64,000 nucleotides of DNA from Candidatus Hydrothermales bacterium (GTDB lineage: Bacteria > Hydrothermota > Hydrothermia > Hydrothermales > JAJRUZ01). Location of the stretch: contig JBCNUW010000002.1 of NCBI GenBank assembly GCA_039630575.1, forward strand, positions 88,192 to 152,191. The letters are read 5' to 3'. The translations under genes and the position numbers were made by a program. Of the stretch, positions 51,979 through 62,283 are shown piece by piece. Within the stretch, counting starts at the first letter, position 1, and each line of letters opens with the position of its first letter. The notes beneath the pieces are model-generated. The model made no database searches, was not told the DNA's origin, and was given only the letters and a program-made list of their open reading frames with translations.

Positions 51979-54018
51979 TCAAAACAGTTCTTTTTTCCAC
52001 TTTTCTTCAATTTCTCTTTTTAAATTTTCATCTTCAGCTAATATGAAAGCCCTTTTAAAATAAAGATCCTTTTTTTCCCTGGAAGATATAACAGCTGCCC
52101 TCAAAAGCATCTTAGCTGCTTGATTTCTATTCACCTTAAAACTTTCAGCAGCCTTTTCATAAAACGAAATAGCTTTACTATTATTTCCTTTAAATTCTTC
52201 TCTTTGAGCTAAAAAGTAATAAACATAGGGATCATCAGTAATATTTAATTTAACTAAGTAATCTATTAATGTATCAAGGAGAAAAATGTTTCTTTCAAAA
52301 ATTGCTATCTCTCCAAGCTTTATAATTGCTTTGTAAGAAATTGAATCATTACCAGAGATCAAGTCTTTAAAGAATACACTTGCCTCTTTTGTTTTACCTC
52401 TTTTAAGGTAAAAATCACCAAGTTTTAAAAAAAACTCTCTTCCAGTTTCATTATTTTTTATCTCAAAATCTTTTAGAAATGATAAAATTTTCTCATCATC
52501 AAAATTTCTCTCAATCATATAGTCAAAGGCTAACAAAGCACTAAAAGCCGATAGAGAACCTTTTTTATATTTACTTAATATATCTAAAAATAAGCTATCA
52601 TTTTTAACATACCTTTCAATCTCAAAAAGCTCCCTAAGGTAAAATTTTTTTTCTTCTTCAGAAGTCAAGTTAATAAGTTGGATTAAATTATCTTCACACT
52701 CCTTAAATTTTCCTTTTCCTTTTAAGTAAAAATGATAATCTAATCTAACTTTCTTTACAATAGATGTATCAGTTGCTTTCTTTAAAAAATTTGAATAGAA
52801 ATTTTCCTCATCAATTTCTTTTAATTTTAATTTTACAAAAAGAAGATAATAAAGGGACTCATCTGATTTTGTAGTATTATAAGTAAATTCAAAAAACTTT
52901 TTGCTTTCATTTAAACTTCCCTTTTTAAGGAGTAGTTTACCGAGGCTTTTACTTACAAAAGTTTTCCTTCTTAAATCATTCTCTTTTAAAAAAATTTCCT
53001 TTAATTTTTCTTCGTTATCAATTAAAGAGTATATCTTAGTTTTTAAAACAAAAAAACTGTCACTTTCAGTATTCTCGAATCTTTCAAGAAGTTTTTCAGC
53101 AATTTCATATTTTTTTTTCTTAATAAGTTTACTTTCTGTAAAATACCTTATGGAATCTCTTTTCTCTTGATTTTTTTCTTTCATCAACAATATTTCTGCT
53201 GAATCTATATTCCCCTCAAAAATGTATGCTGCATAAAAATAGGGTATAAGTCTATCTATGAAAGGACTTACCTCTTTTTTTATGTTAATGACTTTTAAAT
53301 ACTCCTCTCTTTCAAAATAAATTGTTAAAAACCTCAAGTAAATTTCTTTTTTATAAGGTGTTAGTGGGCATTCTTCTTTTAACTTTGTAAGATAGAAAAA
53401 CTCCATTTTTTCGTTCTCTTTTAACCTTTCGATGAGACTCAAAAAATATAAAACATCATCATACAGTGAATGATAATAACTATTTTTATTTTCTAAAAAT
53501 TTTTTAAAATACTTCTCAGCCTCTAAGATTTTTCCCGAATAAAACTTTAAAAGAGAATATGAAAAAAGAAGATCAGGATCATCCATAATAGTATCTAATT
53601 TCAAATCTCTTTTAAAATTTAATGCATTTAAAATATAAACATAGTACAAGAAGGTATCTTTTAAATTTTCTTTTTCAAAGAATACCTCATCTATATTCTC
53701 AAAAACTGTAAGAAGTTCAACAAGTTTTTTGTCTAAATATGAAAAATAATTTTTATAATCTAAAAGTCTTTCTTTTTTTAATTCTATTCCAGCTAGTAAA
53801 AAAAGTGGTAAAACCTTTAGAGAGTCCTCAAAATCTGAAATTTCAAGGAATTTTTTTAAGTATTTATAAACAGAATCAGGTTGAAAGATATTTTCTTTTA
53901 CCTTTTTGTAATAAAGTAGTTTTTTAGATTCATAATTTTTAACGAAAATACTTTTTTGTAATCCTAAGGGAAGAAAAATTATATTATTTAAAAGGAAAAA
54001 TCCTAAATATAGTACCAC
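51979..54018 (-). CDS. TPR-repeat exported protein
   Basis: Repeated helical LG..Y/A..F pattern over 679 aa. Confidence 0.6.
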   Translation of the reverse strand: MVLYLGFFLLNNIIFLPLGLQKSIFVKNYESKKLLYYKKVKENIFQPDSVYKYLKKFLEISDFEDSLKVLPLFLLAGIELKKERLLDYKNYFSYLDKKLVELLTVFENIDEVFFEKENLKDTFLYYVYILNALNFKRDLKLDTIMDDPDLLFSYSLLKFYSGKILEAEKYFKKFLENKNSYYHSLYDDVLYFLSLIERLKENEKMEFFYLTKLKEECPLTPYKKEIYLRFLTIYFEREEYLKVINIKKEVSPFIDRLIPYFYAAYIFEGNIDSAEILLMKEKNQEKRDSIRYFTESKLIKKKKYEIAEKLLERFENTESDSFFVLKTKIYSLIDNEEKLKEIFLKENDLRRKTFVSKSLGKLLLKKGSLNESKKFFEFTYNTTKSDESLYYLLFVKLKLKEIDEENFYSNFLKKATDTSIVKKVRLDYHFYLKGKGKFKECEDNLIQLINLTSEEEKKFYLRELFEIERYVKNDSLFLDILSKYKKGSLSAFSALLAFDYMIERNFDDEKILSFLKDFEIKNNETGREFFLKLGDFYLKRGKTKEASVFFKDLISGNDSISYKAIIKLGEIAIFERNIFLLDTLIDYLVKLNITDDPYVYYFLAQREEFKGNNSKAISFYEKAAESFKVNRNQAAKMLLRAAVISSREKKDLYFKRAFILAEDENLKREIEEKWKKELF

Positions 54019-54634
54019 TTATTTCTTTAAAAAGTTTATTTAATTTTTCGTCATTTTTAAAAATTTTTAGTCCCTTTTCAAGAATTTCCTTTGCTTTATT
54101 TTTTTCACCTATTGCAAGATATGATCTTGCTAAAAGGTAAAACTGTTCTGAGTTATTAATTTTATCGATGTAATTGTCAAAAATTTTTAAAACTTCGAGA
54201 ACTTCAGATTTATTTCTGCCGGCTCTAACATAACTAAGGGCAAGATAAGCTCTTGCTTCGAGAAACTCTGGATCAAGTAAAATAGAAGATTTAAAATACA
54301 TAGATGCCTTGTTATATTCACCTTTTTCAAAGGCTTCCATTCCCATCTTAAAAGCACTTCTTGCTTGAACTTTCCTTGCCTTTACCTGAGGAGAGGTAAA
54401 TTCACCCTTTTTTAAAAGTTCATCATACTTTTTCCTTTTTTCTGAATCGGATAAGACACTATAGGCTTCATTTATAAGAGTAAATCTCTCAACTGCACTT
54501 TTATAAACTTCCTCTCCATCCTTTTTGAATTTATCAGGATGAAGTTCTCTTACAAGTTTTCTATAAGCTTTTTCTATTTCCTCCCTTGGGGAAAAAGTTT
54601 TAAGTCCTAAAATCTCATAGTAATTCTTTTCCAT
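53984..54634 (-). CDS. J-domain plus TPR protein
   Basis: NYYEILG, AYRKL..HPD, INEAY.VLSD..R..YD; C-terminal TPRs. Confidence 0.9.
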   Translation of the reverse strand: MEKNYYEILGLKTFSPREEIEKAYRKLVRELHPDKFKKDGEEVYKSAVERFTLINEAYSVLSDSEKRKKYDELLKKGEFTSPQVKARKVQARSAFKMGMEAFEKGEYNKASMYFKSSILLDPEFLEARAYLALSYVRAGRNKSEVLEVLKIFDNYIDKINNSEQFYLLARSYLAIGEKNKAKEILEKGLKIFKNDEKLNKLFKEISGTIFRIFPFK

Positions 54635-54695
54635 ATTTATTTTATTTTATCAAAAAATTTTTTATATTTCAATGATGTAGATCACAGTTTAAGAT

Positions 54696-55799
54696 TTAAC
54701 CTTCAAAGGGCAGAAAAAGTATTGGGTCAAGAGCTTTTCCTCCGTATCTAACTTCGAAATGAAGAGTATAGTGGGAACTAAATATAGAAAGACCTACTTC
54801 ACCTATAGGTTCTCCCTTAGATACAGCTCTTCCTGGGGATACATGGACTTTTGAAAGTCCAGAATAAACTGTAAAGAAACCGTCTCCATGATCAACAATA
54901 ACTGTAAGACCATAACCCATAAAGTAGTCAGAATAGACAACAATACCTGCTTCAGCTGATACTACCTTTTCTCCTGGTTTACCTTTAATATCGATTCCGT
55001 TATTCTTTATTTTTGTTTTATATTCAGGATGCCAAATTGTACCAAAGAATGAAACAATTTCTCCTTTAAGGGGCCAGCCAAAAGTTTTTTTAGGTATATT
55101 TTCAGGTAATTCTTTTTTTAAATGAGCCATTCTTTCTTTTTCAATTTTTTCAAGAAGTTTCTCAAATTTTTTAACTTGCTCAACAAGTTCTAACTCAAGT
55201 TTTTCCTGGTCTTTTCTCTTTTTTCTTATTAAAGCCAAAATTTTTTCTTTTTCTTTTTTTGAATTTTCAAGTTCCAATTTTTTTTCTATAGTTATTTCCT
55301 CTATCTCTAACAAGTTTTTAACTTTTTGGTCATAAATTGCCTTTTTTTCTTTAAGGCTTTTTAAAAGTAAGTTACCTTTCTCAAGTAATTCTTCTTTAAA
55401 TTCTATACCTCTTTTAATGGCTAAAATTCCTGTGTAGTAACTTAAAAAGGATCCTTGTCCCTTAATTATGTTTAAAGGATTTATTCTGCCGTACTTATAA
55501 AGTGAAACAATAAAATCCTTTATAAGTTTTTTAGTTTTTTCTAATTCGTATTCACTTTCTTCAATTAGTTTTTCAAGTTTATAAACTTGGTATTCTAAAA
55601 GAATTCTTTCATTAATCAACGATCTTTCCATTTCTTTTAATACATTAATTTCTCTGCTTAGGGATTCGAGGGAATAAAGGGTTTTTGTTTCCTCCTTTTC
55701 AAGAATTTTTCTCTCTTCACGAATCTTTTTAAGTTCAAGATTTAAGGAGTCTATTTTTGTTTTTAAATTGCTTTCTAAAAAAATAAAAAGAAGAATCAT
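54696..55799 (-). CDS. envC: EnvC-like amidase activator: coiled coil plus degenerate M23 domain
   Basis: Long coiled coil, WPLKG, NNGID and TLHFE with Zn-ligand His residues replaced; follows ftsX. Confidence 0.85.
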   Translation of the reverse strand: MILLFIFLESNLKTKIDSLNLELKKIREERKILEKEETKTLYSLESLSREINVLKEMERSLINERILLEYQVYKLEKLIEESEYELEKTKKLIKDFIVSLYKYGRINPLNIIKGQGSFLSYYTGILAIKRGIEFKEELLEKGNLLLKSLKEKKAIYDQKVKNLLEIEEITIEKKLELENSKKEKEKILALIRKKRKDQEKLELELVEQVKKFEKLLEKIEKERMAHLKKELPENIPKKTFGWPLKGEIVSFFGTIWHPEYKTKIKNNGIDIKGKPGEKVVSAEAGIVVYSDYFMGYGLTVIVDHGDGFFTVYSGLSKVHVSPGRAVSKGEPIGEVGLSIFSSHYTLHFEVRYGGKALDPILFLPFEG

Positions 55800-56656
55800 A
55801 TCTCTTTAAGGTCTGAAAGAGCAATTTGAGAGGATAGAAAACCGAGTAAGGCTCCAAAGGCGGTGTTTATTATCAACAAAGGTATAAGGTAATCTAAGGT
55901 TATACCGAAAAACTTTTTTAAGGTATTAATAAAAGTAAAAAGAAGCAGGTTAGCCAAGAAAGATCCAAAGAGTCCGTAAAGAAAGCCCTCGAGGGCAAAG
56001 GGTGATCGGATGTATTCTTTGTCAGCACCAATTAGATAAAGAATTTCAATAAGATTAATCCTTGACCTTATTGTTAATCGTAAAGTTTGAAGGATTGTTA
56101 AAGAAAGAAGGAATAAAAGAAAAAAAAAGAAGAAAATATCAATAAATACAAGAAATAGTAAAATTTTAAAAACTTTAATAATGTATTCTTCACCGAAATA
56201 TACTTCTTTTACAAAGGGTAACCTTAAAATAAAAGATTTGAGATCTTGAATTTCGCCGATTAAAAGCATATAGGGTTTTAAATGAAGTGTAAACTTAGGG
56301 GGAAAAACTTCTTCATCAAATATTAAGAGTAAATCTTTATATTCAGGGAATTCCTGTGCAAAAATTTTTTTCCCTTTTTCTGAATCTACATATTCAACTT
56401 TTTCTACTCCTCTTAGAGATTTTAAAATATTAAATAACACATTTAAAGTCTTTTTATCAAGGTTTTCAGTAGGGTATACTTCAAACATTATGTTTTTTGA
56501 TCTTTTGTAAATTATATTAAAGGAATTTAAGGTTAAAATAACAAAAAACATAAAGAAAAAAAGGGAAAAGGCCATTATAAAGATGCTGGTGATTGCCATT
56601 TTAAGATTATTTTTTATCCCAACAATAGTTTCTCTTATAATAAAATTTAGTGACAT
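55796..56656 (-). CDS. ftsX: Cell division permease FtsX
   Basis: 1+3 TM layout, TLRLTIRSR..IEILYLIGA..YIRSPF.LEG; start at ATG 56656. Confidence 0.88.
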   Translation of the reverse strand: MSLNFIIRETIVGIKNNLKMAITSIFIMAFSLFFFMFFVILTLNSFNIIYKRSKNIMFEVYPTENLDKKTLNVLFNILKSLRGVEKVEYVDSEKGKKIFAQEFPEYKDLLLIFDEEVFPPKFTLHLKPYMLLIGEIQDLKSFILRLPFVKEVYFGEEYIIKVFKILLFLVFIDIFFFFFLLFLLSLTILQTLRLTIRSRINLIEILYLIGADKEYIRSPFALEGFLYGLFGSFLANLLLFTFINTLKKFFGITLDYLIPLLIINTAFGALLGFLSSQIALSDLKEI

Positions 56657-56687
56657 ATATAATATTTTAATGATATAATTTGGCAAA

Positions 56688-57131
56688 ATGCATGTAATTG
56701 ATTTTTTTATTTCACTACTTTTTTTACTTTCTCTTTTAATCGGTACCGTTCAAGGTTTATGGCGTATCATTACGGGTTCTTTCTCCTTAATTTTTTCTAT
56801 TTTTCTTTCATATAATCTTTCTTTTAAATTAACAAAATTATTGCCGAAATTTATTCCATTTAAAAATTTATTTTCTTTTTTAATGATTTTTTCTTTATCA
56901 ATGATTTTATTTTCCATAATTTTCAAAATGGGCGAAAGAGCAATAAAAAGGCTTGGTCTTGCCCTTTTAAATAGAATCTTGGGTGCTTTATTTTTATTTA
57001 TAATTTCCAATCTGTTTACTCTTTTATTTATACACCTACTTGAAAGCCTCTCTCTTTCCCACTTACTTAAGGGAGCTAAAATTCCTGAAATTTTGCTTAA
57101 AACTGAATCATTAATATTTAAAAAAATATAG
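56688..57131 (+). CDS. CvpA family membrane protein
   Basis: IDFFI..G..QGL, GLALLNRILGALF. Confidence 0.8.
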   Translation: MHVIDFFISLLFLLSLLIGTVQGLWRIITGSFSLIFSIFLSYNLSFKLTKLLPKFIPFKNLFSFLMIFSLSMILFSIIFKMGERAIKRLGLALLNRILGALFLFIISNLFTLLFIHLLESLSLSHLLKGAKIPEILLKTESLIFKKI

Positions 57132-58217
57132 ATGAAAATTTTGATGGTTTCTGACGCATATTATCCCTTTCCAGGAGGTGTTTCAGAACATATATATAAT
57201 CTTTCAAAAAAATTAAGGGAAAGAGGACATCATGTAAAAATTTTAACAGCTCACTATGAAGGAGAAAAAGAAGAAAAAGATGTTATAAGAGTTGGTAAAA
57301 TTAACATTTTGCCTTTTAACTTTACACAGGTTACCTTTACTTGGGAAAGGAATTTAAGAAAAAAATTAAGAGAAATTTTTAAAGAAGATTTTGATATAGT
57401 GCATACTCATGGACCTTTAGGACATAACTTACCTTACCATGCACTAATTTTTTCAAATTCAAAAAATATTGCTACTTTTCATACAGCTTTTGTAGGTTTC
57501 AACTTTTACAGGTTGGCAAAAGTTTTTTATAAAGAAAGTTTTAAAAGATTAAACAGGGTAATATGTGTATCCAGGAAGGCGTTAAGAGAAATTAAAAAAC
57601 ACTTTCCCTTTGGTAAGTATGTGATTATTCCGAATGGAGTTGATACAAAAAAGTTTAATCCTGAAGGAGAAAGGATTAGCAAAAGAGGTATTGTGGTTCT
57701 TTATGTAGGAAGATTTGAGCCAAGGAAAGGTCCTTTTATATTTTTAAAGGCATCTAAAATAATAAGACAAAAAAGTTACAAGGAAGTTGAGTTTTGGATG
57801 GTAGGAACTGGACCACTTTTAGGAATGGCAAAAAAATATTCTGAGGAGAAGAGTTTAAATATAAAATTTTTCGGATACGTAGAACCAGAAAAGCTTCCTG
57901 TTATTTATAGGAGTGCAGATATTTATGTATCTCCAGCTATTGGGGGTGAAACTTTTGGGATTGTTTTAATTGAAGCTATGGCATCTGGAGTAGCTGTTAT
58001 ATGTTCTGATATTGAAGGATACAATGAAGTTGTAAAAAATGAACAAAATGGGCTTTTATTTAAAAATAAAGATGAAAAAGAACTTTCAGAGAAAATTGAA
58101 CTTTTGATAGATGACAAAATTAAAAGGGAAAGATTAAAAGAGAAGGCACTTATTTTCTCCAAAAATTTTGATTGGAGTAAAATAGCTGAATATGTAGAAA
58201 ACATTTATAAAGGTTAA
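57132..58217 (+). CDS. GT4 glycosyltransferase (PimA-like)
   Basis: PGGVSEH, HTH, IPNGVD, GRFEPRKG, GETFGIVLIEAMA. Confidence 0.9.
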   Translation: MKILMVSDAYYPFPGGVSEHIYNLSKKLRERGHHVKILTAHYEGEKEEKDVIRVGKINILPFNFTQVTFTWERNLRKKLREIFKEDFDIVHTHGPLGHNLPYHALIFSNSKNIATFHTAFVGFNFYRLAKVFYKESFKRLNRVICVSRKALREIKKHFPFGKYVIIPNGVDTKKFNPEGERISKRGIVVLYVGRFEPRKGPFIFLKASKIIRQKSYKEVEFWMVGTGPLLGMAKKYSEEKSLNIKFFGYVEPEKLPVIYRSADIYVSPAIGGETFGIVLIEAMASGVAVICSDIEGYNEVVKNEQNGLLFKNKDEKELSEKIELLIDDKIKRERLKEKALIFSKNFDWSKIAEYVENIYKG

Positions 58218-58236
58218 AATTCAAAAACTACAAAAT

Positions 58237-59169
58237 CTATCTATCAGTGTAAAGTCCAAAGGTAATTTCAATTCCTGAATCAGGACCGTTGTTAAGTATA
58301 AAAAGATATCTTATATTTAACATAAATTTAACATCAAAGGTATGAAACAAAACAAAACCCCCACCTATACCAAAAGCAGGGCCATTACCACCTGAAATTT
58401 TGGAACCATAGTCAAAGAAGTAACTTTCCTTATAAACATCGGGCATTAAATAGTAACCTAAAAGAACTTCAGAAAAAAAAGTATAGTCTCTTGGGTATAA
58501 GAAATATCTAAGAGGGAATTCTATTCCAAATCCTCTTGAAAAAAAGGCTATTTCAGTACCTACTCCCATATTTTTAACTTCATAATTAAAACCCAAAATA
58601 GACCTTGTAAGATTTTTTGGAATTATATTACGTTCGTCGCGAAAGCCTGTGGTAGGGAAAATTGAACCTATTCTTACACCTAAGTATCTTCTTGTTAATC
58701 TTTTTCTTGGTTTTTCTTCACTTTCAAGTTTTGTTATTGTTTCTGTAGTTTTTACTTTTTCAATGGGTTTGTCTTCAACAATTGAAAAAGTAATTCTTTT
58801 AACAATTATAGGGAGATCTGATTCAGAATCAGCAATATCTTCTTGGTTGAATTGGTATTTGCTTTTTTTAGAATTAAAAACTTTTGCTCTTAAAAAGTAT
58901 TTTTCACCCAATCTATCGAGGTAGATAAAAACAAAATTTTCAATTTCATATTTTTTAGAAATTTCTAAAAGACAGGTATCGTCTAAACAATTTTTAAGTT
59001 CTTCTAAAATTTTTCTTGCTTTTTCTCTGTCAAGGACTTTTCCATAATTTGAAAGTTCCTCATTAAAGCGGTCAACTAATATTTCAAAAACAGTTGAATC
59101 CACATTTCTCACCCTAATAGGAAATACGGCATAATTGTAGACTGAAAAGAATATGAATAGAAAAAACAT
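58237..59169 (-). CDS. Hypothetical exported protein: CxxxxC-containing N-domain plus small beta-barrel-like C-domain
   Basis: AVFP.., CLDDTC..LGEKY; C-terminal amphipathic strands. Confidence 0.55.
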   Translation of the reverse strand: MFFLFIFFSVYNYAVFPIRVRNVDSTVFEILVDRFNEELSNYGKVLDREKARKILEELKNCLDDTCLLEISKKYEIENFVFIYLDRLGEKYFLRAKVFNSKKSKYQFNQEDIADSESDLPIIVKRITFSIVEDKPIEKVKTTETITKLESEEKPRKRLTRRYLGVRIGSIFPTTGFRDERNIIPKNLTRSILGFNYEVKNMGVGTEIAFFSRGFGIEFPLRYFLYPRDYTFFSEVLLGYYLMPDVYKESYFFDYGSKISGGNGPAFGIGGGFVLFHTFDVKFMLNIRYLFILNNGPDSGIEITFGLYTDR

Positions 59170-59467
59170 TTTTATTCTTCCTTTTTAAAATTATAATAAA
59201 AAAGGCAAATTTACTCAAGTTAAATACTCATCTTTTAAAGCAGGTTTTGTAAATCATTGGGTTAAATAAGTTTTAAATTTTAAAAATTTCGCTATTACTA
59301 TGTGTTATTCAAAGAATTTCATTTATGCAGAAAATTAAAATTTATAAGTGTTAAATAAAAATTTAGTTAAAAGTTAGGACTAAAAATCAATGATTTCCAT
59401 GTTTTAAAGTCGCTGTATAAAAGATAAATAATCCCCCATTTAAGAAATCAAAATAAATTTACATTGA

Positions 59468-59722
59468 TCATATTCTTCTTTCTTCAAGAATTTTTTTAGC
59501 GAGTTCTTTCTTTTCCTCTTTTGTTTCTGCAAGAATAAGAAGAGCAATCAGTCTAAAACCATCATCCATTTTTTCCCAAGTTTTCCTAAATCCTTCATCC
59601 ATACTTTTAATAATAGCCATCGTATTTTCTCTTATAATCTTTCCATTCCTCCACGCCATATAACCTATTGCAAAAGCAAGCAATGTAAAACCTACACCAA
59701 GCAAACTTAACGCTATTTCCAT
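59468..59722 (-). CDS. Small TM plus coiled-coil protein with MD(E/D)GFR repeat
   Basis: ATG 59722 lies 6 nt after TATCAT; MDEGFRKTWEKMDDGFR. Confidence 0.65.
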   Translation of the reverse strand: MEIALSLLGVGFTLLAFAIGYMAWRNGKIIRENTMAIIKSMDEGFRKTWEKMDDGFRLIALLILAETKEEKKELAKKILEERRI

Positions 59723-59839
59723 ATTCAAATGATATAGGAAAAATAATCTAAAAATCAAAAATTCACATTAACTTAAATATAATCTAACTGATTTTTAAAA
59801 CTTTTATAGCCACCCTTTTTATCAAAATCTATTATAGCT

Positions 59840-61558
59840 TCAATTAATTTTTATAAATTGGGTATCACATAATTCTTTATAAATCTGGTATTTCTCGTAA
59901 AGATCTCTATGATTACCTTCACCAATTATTTTACCATCCTCTAATAAAATCACCTTATCAGCTATATTAATAGTTGAAAGCCTATGTGCAATCACTATTA
60001 TTGTCTTTTTATCTTTATTATCTAGTAAAAATTCCTTTATAGCTCCTTCTGTAATACTATCAAGTTCACTTGTTGCTTCATCTAAAATAAGTATAGAAGC
60101 ATCCTTCAATATTGCCCTTGCTATTGAAAGCCTTTGTCTTTCCCCACCTGAAAGCCTTAATCCCCTTTCACCTATCCTTGTATTAAAACCATCCTTTAAG
60201 CTCTCTATAAAATCAAGTATTCTTGCCTTTTTACATGCTAACTTTATATCATCCAAAGTTGCAGTAAAATTAGCAAACCTTAAATTCTCTAATATTGTTT
60301 CCGAGAATAAAAATATATCCTGTGAGATTAAACTTATATTTTTTCTTAAACTTTCTATCTTTAAATTCTTTATATTAACACCATCTATAAATATCTCTCC
60401 TTCCTCTGGTTCATAAAATCTTAACATAAGTTTTATCATGGTTGATTTTCCGCTACCTGATGGCCCAACTATCGCATTTATACCCCTTTCTATTTTTAAA
60501 TTTATATTCTTCAATACATAATCAGTCCCGTTATAAGAAAAACAAACATTTTTAAATTCTATAATGCCTTCATTTACTTTTAATTCTTTCTTACCATCTA
60601 TTATCTTTGGCTTTTTATCAAGAATCTCATACACTCTTTCAAGAGCTGCTAAAGATGATTGTATTCCGAAGTTTGTATTTACAATATTTTGTGCAGGTCC
60701 AAATAAATACTTTATAAAAGAATTAAAAGCAATAAGTGAACCAAGAGTAAAACGCTCGTGAATTATCTCATATATTCCATACCATATTAAAATAAGAGGA
60801 GCAATAGCACCTATAACACTTACAATTGAGCCTGCAAATGCAGAAAGTAAATCAAGTTTTACTTCTTTATCAATAACTTTTTTTATTGAATCTGAAACTT
60901 TCTTTAAAATAAGCTTTTCATTTGTAAAGGCTTTTATTAAATCTATCCCTGAAAGAGCTTCCTGTAAATCCTTCTGCATGTTTGCATAATATTCTCTTAA
61001 CTCTTTTGATAAACTTCTTATTCTTTTATTAAAGATAATCATTGAAAGGATATAAAAAGGTAAGATAGAGATTGAAATTATCCCAAGTTTAAAATGTAAA
61101 GATAAAACTAATATAACACCTACTAAAAATGTTAAAATATCTCTAATTACACTTAAAATTGTATCTGCTAATAAATTTCTTAAAGAGTCAACATCAGAGC
61201 TTATTCTTGATGAAAGATAACCTGATTCTTTTTCTCTAAAAAATTCTAAATCAAGGTTTTGGGTATGTTCAAATAAAATTTTTTTAAAATTAAAAATAAC
61301 TTTTGCTCTAAAACTTACTGTGAAAAATCTTTGCAAATAAGAAGAGATTGCCTGGAATAAAACAACAAAAATTAAAAATAAGCCTATTAAATTTAGCATT
61401 TTAATATCTTTTGACGGAAGTATTTTATCTATTAAATATTTGGAAAGAAGGGGCATAGGAAGTGACAAAAGAACTGATAAGGACATAAAAATAAAGGCAA
61501 AAATGATGTAAGATTTGAATTTTAAGATAAATTTTATAAATCTTTTAAGGTTATACAA
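59840..61558 (-). CDS. ABC exporter, fused permease/ATPase (MsbA/peptide-exporter type)
   Basis: Six-TM domain, GPSGSGKST, LSGGERQR, LDEATS, IAHRLST. Confidence 0.93.
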   Translation of the reverse strand: MYNLKRFIKFILKFKSYIIFAFIFMSLSVLLSLPMPLLSKYLIDKILPSKDIKMLNLIGLFLIFVVLFQAISSYLQRFFTVSFRAKVIFNFKKILFEHTQNLDLEFFREKESGYLSSRISSDVDSLRNLLADTILSVIRDILTFLVGVILVLSLHFKLGIISISILPFYILSMIIFNKRIRSLSKELREYYANMQKDLQEALSGIDLIKAFTNEKLILKKVSDSIKKVIDKEVKLDLLSAFAGSIVSVIGAIAPLILIWYGIYEIIHERFTLGSLIAFNSFIKYLFGPAQNIVNTNFGIQSSLAALERVYEILDKKPKIIDGKKELKVNEGIIEFKNVCFSYNGTDYVLKNINLKIERGINAIVGPSGSGKSTMIKLMLRFYEPEEGEIFIDGVNIKNLKIESLRKNISLISQDIFLFSETILENLRFANFTATLDDIKLACKKARILDFIESLKDGFNTRIGERGLRLSGGERQRLSIARAILKDASILILDEATSELDSITEGAIKEFLLDNKDKKTIIVIAHRLSTINIADKVILLEDGKIIGEGNHRDLYEKYQIYKELCDTQFIKIN

Positions 61559-61559
61559 T

Positions 61560-62267
61560 TTATCTCTTTCTTTTAATTTTTATAAATCCGTTAATAATGT
61601 CACATTTTATATACTGCTTATCCCCAATCTCTTTATATCCAGTATCTTCATAAATCTCTCCATTTTTTACTTTATAATCAATTTTAGTGAAATCATTTAT
61701 AAATAAATAGGCATTACCATTTACTATTTCTAAGTTACAATTTACCTCTTCGTTATGTGAAACAAACACTTCCATACTTCCATTCACTATCTCAAATTTT
61801 CCATTCCCCCTTATTTCTTTAAGGTTTATATACCCATTAATACAAGAAACATTATAGAATTCACTATATAAATTTGAAATTAAAATTACACCATTTACAA
61901 TTGATGTTTTTAATTTTCCCAATCTTATACCTTCAGGAAGAGTAACTTTAATTTCAACCTTCTTCTCCTCTAATTTTTCAAATTTTTCCTCTTCAGGAAA
62001 CTTTATTATAATTTTTAAATCCTTCTTTTCTTTATCTTCCTTTTTGATAATTTCCACCTTCTTGACCCACTCCAAGAACTCTTCTTTTTCTCCTTTTGCA
62101 CTCTTTTTTAAAAACACAACAGGTGTTTTAATTTGTTGAGAATAATTAAAAATGATACTGCCATTCACATTTTCTATATTTATATCTTCGGGTAAAAAGG
62201 GAATGTATAGTAGGGTTGAATCAGTAAATACCTTTTTTAAAGCGAAGAATAAAATTATCAACTGCAT
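61560..62267 (-). CDS. DUF4097-like beta-solenoid exported protein
   Basis: Repeated xxNG motifs (VNG, ING, KNG); SD AGGAGG. Confidence 0.7.
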   Translation of the reverse strand: MQLIILFFALKKVFTDSTLLYIPFLPEDINIENVNGSIIFNYSQQIKTPVVFLKKSAKGEKEEFLEWVKKVEIIKKEDKEKKDLKIIIKFPEEEKFEKLEEKKVEIKVTLPEGIRLGKLKTSIVNGVILISNLYSEFYNVSCINGYINLKEIRGNGKFEIVNGSMEVFVSHNEEVNCNLEIVNGNAYLFINDFTKIDYKVKNGEIYEDTGYKEIGDKQYIKCDIINGFIKIKRKR

Positions 62268-62283
62268 TTTTATCTCCTCCTTT

